In this document: positions 53,398 to 60,000 of the stretch, piece by piece
How positions within the stretch are numbered: the first letter of the stretch is position 1
Layout of the letters: each line of letters opens with the position of its first letter
NCBI RefSeq assembly: GCF_963921235.1
Contig: NC_086108.1
Span: 82,028,001-82,088,000, forward strand
Source: Mobula hypostoma
Lineage: Eukaryota
DNA length: 60,000 nt
Reading direction: 5' to 3'
Notes under the pieces: model-generated
The model's input: the letters and a program-made list of their open reading frames with translations, nothing else
Told to the model about the DNA's origin: nothing
The model's database searches: none
Made by a program: the position numbers and the translations under genes

Positions 53398-53729
53398 AAT
53401 TTGAATATGGTAAGTGGTTCAGGCTTAGTCAGAAACTGGTGTGCATTTAGCAAGATGCACAACCAGGAGAAAAGGGAAATGATGTTTAACACCCACAAAA
53501 TGCTGGAGGAACTCAGCAAGTCAGGCAGCTTCTATGGAGAGGAATAAATAACTTTTGTTTCAGACCCAGACCCTTCATCAGGACTGGAAAGGAAGGGGAA
53601 AGAAGCCGGAATAAGGAAGTGGTGGGAGGGGAAGGAGTACAAACTGGCAGGTGACCGGGTGAGGGTGAAGGTAGGTAGGTGGGGTGAGGTGCATTTAATG
53701 TAAAGAACACTTTGAGAAGGAGAACTCAC

Positions 53730-53978
53730 TTTCCATCAGAAACTGTTATGTCATTCCAGATGGAGCACGTTTCTCCTTCGTTCCCAGAGTCTCTGTGGAC
53801 CAGAACTTCTGCCTTCAGGGATGAGTGACCCTCTCCGTCCAGCTGTTCTGGTTGGAGTGAGGTGAGAGGGGAGTGCACACCTGGGAGGTCACTGCCCACT
53901 GTGAGGTGGTTCTCATCGTTATGAAGAGTTTGCTCATACTGTGTGGCCTGATCACAGGAGGTATATGGAGTCTGGGAG
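53730..53978 (-). CDS. Penultimate coding exon (249 nt) of the unidentified gene
   Basis: ctttctctttcAG| acceptor, AA|GTGAGT donor; 82 open codons SQTPYTSCDQATQYEQ...SIWNDITVSDG; phase 2-2. Confidence 0.8.
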
Positions 53979-55486
53979 CTGAAAGAGAAAGACAGTCAGC
54001 ACTTATGCAATATAGGTTGGTAGCATAACAATGTGCGGGACTGGCCTGGGTTTGCTGATGCAATGTTTCAGTGTTGAAGCTTACAGGTGTTGTTTATATC
54101 TGCAGAAAAAGCCACTCTAGGAAATGTTTTTTTCTAATCTGAATTATTTTAGGAACAAAGTAACTTAGTTATATAGAACATAGAACAGTATAGCACAGGA
54201 ACAGGCCACATTGGATAAAACAAATTAAACTGGTATTTAAGTGTCTTAACTGAGCTAAATCCTTCTGCCTATGCAATGCCCAGATCCCTCCACTCTCTGC
54301 ACATCTAAGAGCCTTTTGATCACTTCTATTCTATCACTGCCATCTCGACATTTCAGGAAACCATTACTGGGTTTAAAAAAATGAAGTGGCCCACACATCT
54401 CCTTCAAAATTACCCCTGCCCCCTCACCTCAGAAAAAATATATCTGGCTGCCTACTCTATCTATGGCTTTTTTACAACTCCCATCAGGGCTCCCTCATCT
54501 TCAGACACTCCTGAGAAAAGAACCCACATTTTTACAACCTCTTCATATAACATATCACTCTAATCCAGCCATCATCTTGGTAAATCTCTTCTGTACGCTC
54601 TCCAGAGCCTCCACATCTTTTCTACAAAGGGACAACATGAAGTGAATGCAATACTCCAAATGTGGCCTATCCAGACTTCTATTAGATGTTTTGTTAGTTT
54701 ATTTTATTGGCTATTCTCCAGTAACTAAGAGACTAAGTACTGAGATATTCATTGCCCAGACTACTGTAACCAACTCTATCATTAGATGCAGAAATTATCT
54801 TCAGTGCAGGAAAAGTTGAAAGCATGGCAGCACAGCAGTTGGTGTGACGCTATTACAGCACCAATGACACGGATTCAGTTCCATCCACTGTCTGTAAGGA
54901 GTTTGTATGTCCCCCCATGACAGCATGGGTTTCCTCCGTGTGCTCCAGTTTCCTCCTACATTCAAAAGACGTATGGATTAGTAGGGTCATTGGTCACATG
55001 GGTGTAGTTGGGCAGTGGGGCCTTATTGGGACAGAAGGGCCCATTACCATGCAGTATCTCCAAATCAAAGAAAAGAGAAAAAGGCTGGTTGCTAGAGTGA
55101 GTGAACCCAGATGGAGAAAGCAAGGCGCTTAGGCTTTGAACAAATGAGCTAAATGAAGAATACAAAATATAATGAATAAAGTTAATCTATATATTAGATT
55201 AATCCACAATAGACCAAAAAGCAGCAAACCCAATCTGGTAAAAGCAAAATTGTCAATAATACCCGGACTGTCTATATATCAAAAGTAAGTAATGTTCAAG
55301 ATCTAGACGGGTATAAACAAATCCTGAGCCACTTAAGGAAGTGGAATGCATTTGCAGGGTTTTGATTAGGAATTCTGAGTTACTAATTCTTCATGTTATA
55401 GAAATCTAGAGTCAGGAGTATCATCATTGGCCCCTGACCTGGCTTCTCCAATTTTATACAATCACAGTGAATCATCGTATTAATAA

Positions 55487-57000
55487 TCAGAATCAGGTTT
55501 AATATCACTGGCATATATCATGAAATTTGTTGTTTTGTGGCAGCAGTACATTACAATACATAGTAATAAAAACTATAAATTAAAATAAGATATATTTATA
55601 TATATTTTAAATACATTAAATAAGTAGAGCAAAAAGAGGAAAAATGACTGAGGAGGCGTTTATGGGTTCATTGCCCATTCGGAAATCCATTTTACGAAGC
55701 GGTCCTTGAAACGTTGAGAGTGTGTCTTCAGCCTCCTGTACCTCCTCCTTGATGGTAAAAATGAGAAGCTGGTATGTCCTGGCTGATTCTTAATGATGGA
55801 TGCTGCCTATTAGAGGCAATGCCTTTTGAAGTTTCCTGGATGTCCATGATGGAGCTGGTTGAGTTTACAACTTACTGCAGCTTTTTCTGATCCTCTGCAG
55901 CGGCCCCTCCATACCAGACAGTGATGCACCCAGTTAGAATGCTCCCCACCGTGTATCTGTAGACATTGGCAAGTGTGTTTGGTGACATATCAATTCTACT
56001 CAAACGCCTAATGAAGTATAGCCACTGCCATACCTTCTTTGTAATTGCATCAATATGTCCAACCCAGGATAGATCCTCAGATGTCAACACTCAGGAACTT
56101 GAAACTGCTCACTCTTTCCACCTCTGATCCCTTGGTGAGGACTGAAGTCCACAATCAACTCCTTGGACTTACTGGCATTGATTGCAAGGTTGTTGCTGTG
56201 ACACCACTTTACCAGCTGATCCATCTCACTCCTGTTCGCCTCCTCATCGCCATCTGAAATTTGGCCAACAATAGTTGAGTTGTCGGTGTATTTATACATG
56301 GTGTTTGGACTGTGGTTAGCCACACAGTCATGGGTGTGGAGAGCAGGACAGTGGGCTAAGCACCCATCCTTGAGGTGTGCCACCGTTGACCGTCAGCATG
56401 AAGATGTTTTTCCTTGACCCGTATAGACCGTGGTTGTCTGGTGAGGAAGTGAAGGATCCAGTTGCAGAGGGAGGTACAGAGGCCCATGTTTTGGAGCTTG
56501 TTGATTAGTACCGAGGGTATGTTTGTGTTTTACACTGAGCTGTAGTCAATAAACAGCCGCCTGGTGTAAGTACTACTATTGTCCAGGTGAACCAAGGCCA
56601 AGTGCAGAGCCAGTGAGATCGCAACCACTGTAGACTATTGTGGCGATAGGCAAATTGCAACGGGTCCAAGTTCTTGCCTAGACTGGAGTTGATTCTAGCC
56701 ATGACCAATCTCTCAAAGCACTTCATCACAGTAGATGTGAGTGCAACTGGTCGCTGGGGTATTTCACCCTGGTCTTCTTGGACACTGGTATGATTGTCAC
56801 CGTTTTGAAGGAGGTGGGAACCTCTGACTGCAGCAGCCAGAGATTGAAAATGTTGTTGAACACTCCTGTCAGTTGGTAGGCACAGATTTTCAGAGCCCTA
56901 CCAGGTACAGCATCAGGGCCTGATGCCTTGCGAGGATACACCATCTTGAAAGATGTTCTGATGTCAGCCTCCAAGTCAGAGATCACAGAGTCACCGGATG
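55487..57000 (-). mobile_element. Rex1/Babar LINE (RT to 3' tail)
   Basis: [21 protein letters not shown]...[30 protein letters not shown]; (agaatc) tail. Confidence 0.88.
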
Positions 57001-57750
57001 CTGCAGGGATACAATATTCACACTCTCCCGATACCCCTTGATGCCTTTCACACCTATAAAGATATCCGTCTATTAAAAATGTTCAGTGACTTGGCCTCTA
57101 CAGCCCTCAGTGGTAACACCACAAGTTCAGCCTCTAAGCAAATCCCTGTACCAGATTTCATGTTTTTAGAGCAGACAGGCAATTGACTAAATGTAAGTTA
57201 TTAGTACACTGGAGATATCTCCACTTCTGAAACACCAGATATCCAAGCTAATTTTCTGTCCTTCTTTTAACTTCTAGGATAATGGCTAATATTAGGGTCA
57301 ACAAATTCATCCAGATTAAATACATCCAGATCAAACGGATCAGAAAAGTAATGCTACCCTCTTCTTGGTTCTGAGGTCCAATAACATATTTTGTCACTAC
57401 ATTATGAGCTTTAGTCATAAGGCACTGGCTTAGACAAAGGTTACCAGTTTTGTGTATCACATTTTGAAGGATATGAAGTCTTCGAAGATAGCACCAAAGA
57501 GATCTATCAGACTGATGTGATGAGAGCTATGATGTAGATAACTTTGTGCAATTAAGGTTGTTTTATTATACTTAAATCTCCTCTGCACCTTCTCTAAGGC
57601 TTCCATATCCTTCCTATAGTGAGATGATGAGGACTGAACACCACTGGTCACTGACTTAAAAGAGAAATTTACTCTCTTTAAAAGTTTTCTCTGCAAAAGA
57701 GCTGGTAAAGGCTTGATGGGCTATCTTCTCCACGCCTAAGCAATATTATA

Positions 57751-58500
57751 TGTAACACACTGTAAGGTTTCACTGCTAAGGCTAATGTAATGGCTTCTAT
57801 GTAATGTTCCACTGTTAAGCTAATGCTTTATCTGCAGCAGCAATGTTTGGGTTATGGCTAGAGATAACGGGTCTCTGGAATGTATGTTATCCAATGGGAG
57901 AAACGTTGTTCTCTCTTGTGTGTCTAGGAGCTGGGTTTTTCGCAGTCTTTCGTCAGGGAGCAATGGAGAGAGAGGACGCGAATGGTGAGAGTCAGAAGAC
58001 CACCAGACGGAGTGGACTGAGGAGCGAGGGTTCAAGGGTCGACGATGCTCAGAGGAGGTTGATGGGGTGATGAATAGCCGTATCAGTGAGCTCCAATGAT
58101 TCGCAATAGACTTTTTTCCCTAAAATGGGCCCTTTTACTTTTTACTTTCTTTACTAACCCCCTATCCAGATTAAGATTTATAAAGTTCATGCAAATACAA
58201 GGAAATCTGCAGATGCTGGATATTCAAGTCAGGACGAAGGGTCTCGGCCTGAAATGTCGACTGTACCTCTTCCTATAGATGCTGCCTGGCCTGCTGCATT
58301 CACCAGCATTTTTTGTGTGTGTTATTTATAAAGTTCAATCATTTTACTGCATATGGTGTACTGTCTGATATTTTGCGGTGTGGATTTGTAACGGGGCAAC
58401 ACATCATGCAGCATCCACACAAACGAGATTTCTCAGTTTGGCCGGGCCAGATGTTGTTTTCTCCTGGATGAACACGTGCTGGCTGAGCCTGAGGGTCACA
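57751..58500 (+). mobile_element. Solo LTR with 4-bp TSD, containing a Penelope fragment (about 58190-58325)
   Basis: TGTAAC...GTCACA termini; tata on both flanks (57747-57750, 58501-58504). Confidence 0.75.
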
Positions 58501-58740
58501 TATATATTTCCTTATCTTCTGCATTGATAAATCACCTAAAACTTTGTTTTAATATCTTTTGCACTGAGTAGTAGTACACCATTTATTCTTCTGCTGCAAA
58601 TTACACAAACTTAAGGTGAAAATCTAATGTTTACTTACAAAATATGCATTTCCCCCTTTATACAAATTTCAGATTTACTACAGACCTCTGAACCAAAGAT
58701 TTTCATCATTGATCCATGACCCAAAAACAGGATGAATTAC

Positions 58741-58841
58741 CTTGTTTTCAGAGGTACTTCACTTTCCAACATTGAGGTTGGAATTTGATGCTTTGGGAAC
58801 AAGTGCTTGGTTTCTGATGAGATGGCCGGGACAAACTTAAT
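58741..58841 (-). CDS. Internal coding exon (101 nt) of an unidentified gene; upstream exons lie further right, probably beyond the window
   Basis: cttcttttgtAG| acceptor, AAG|GTAATT donor; open frame IKFVPAISSETKHLFPKHQIPTSMLESEVPLKT; phase 0-2 fits the next exon. Confidence 0.7.
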
Positions 58842-60000
58842 CTACAAAAGAAGACTGTCTATCAGAAAATCACAAACAAAATACATTGTAAATCAATATT
58901 ATTCTTCAGTTAAAAACTTGCATCGTTCACTATGTTAGAAATAAGGTTAAGAACATCAGAGCCACCTACTTCTTATTCCACTCTTCGTGTTAATATACCG
59001 TAATGTAAGAGTAGAGTGTCCTAACTTAAACTCTTTTATTATCTTGTTAGTCAGCAGTGTTCTGGTACAAAATGAACAGCTACATGTCAGGAAATATAGA
59101 GGAGGCTTGACACAAATGCAGAGCAGCAGAGACAGTTTAATGGTGAGTGATCTTTTTAAATAATAAACTACAAAACAATAAAGTATGAGGAGCAACAAAA
59201 TGAGAGAACTGATACTTAAAATAACAAGGCAAGAGAAAGTCAGGAGCAACTGGTTGAGGCTGGCTGGTTTGATGGGTGAAAGAGGACTGTGGATGAGGTC
59301 TGGGTTTGAATAAGTTGCAGGTGATGAATTGGAAATGAGTGGCAGGTGATTTCTGATAGCTGGATGGAGACTGGGAGAGGCCTGACAGGACTCCACTCCT
59401 CCAACACCTGGCACCCAACGACCCAGGACAATCTGGAAGGTCCAGTAGAACTCCTTAATGGGCGTTGGAATCCTAGATGAAACTGAACAGCACCCAAGAC
59501 CTCTCTTCTAGGCTATACCCTTCCCAGTCGACCAGACACTGCACACCCTGTCCACAATGATGTGAATCCATCCACTGGTCATCTGTGTAGTCTGGACCAC
59601 ATTCCACCATGCTAGAGGTGCAGGCTCAAGAACATTGAGTGGTTGGTGGACAATGGGCTTGAGGCAGAGCACATGGATTGTACGTGAGGGCTGGTAACAG
59701 CTGGAGATGGTAAGTGATTGAATTTATGTGATGGCTAGTCTTAGAGACCAGTGAGCTGGGTGAGAGCTTGTGGGAGTCAATGTGCAGGGGCAGATCTTGG
59801 GCGGACAGCAAGACACGGTTCCCAGGCCAGAGTAGTCTGGCTGGGCAATGCTAGCAGTTGGCCTGGTGGCAATAGGCATGGTTGGCAGCTAGGATGGCCC
59901 CCTGTACCCTCTTTCAAGCATTCCAGTCGCAGCAAACAAGAGCGGTGGTGAATGGGACCTCCACCATTGCCCCTCTACCGTAGGGAACAATGATGGTTGG

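Noticed and set aside
57248..57460. Hydrophobic 70-aa ORF as an extra exon of the minus-strand gene
   Set aside because: No convincing splice sites or recognisable homology

Overview
Eukaryotic, vertebrate DNA; nothing prokaryotic (no operons or CRISPR). The repeat mix (CR1, Rex1/Babar, RTE, L1/Tx1, Penelope, tRNA-SINEs) suggests a cartilaginous fish, probably a ray (inference). Much of the window is decayed transposable elements. Two spliced host genes are convergent. (1) A complete 4-coding-exon SLC16/MCT-family transporter on + (11470-26189, 461 aa, MCT13-like). (2) The last three coding exons of an unidentified gene on - (58741-58841, 53730-53978, 52265-52637; about 240 aa of Ser/Thr-rich C-terminus ending ...HCTEIPM*), mostly missed by the ORF track. 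Other notable items: a 9x48-bp minisatellite grown from a LINE 3' UTR, multi-level TE nests with readable target-site duplications (TSDs), a young tRNA-derived SINE, a YY1-headed non-coding retroposon and a consensus CTCF site between the genes. I see no convincing new biological system. TE boundaries are approximate; exon boundaries were read base by base.
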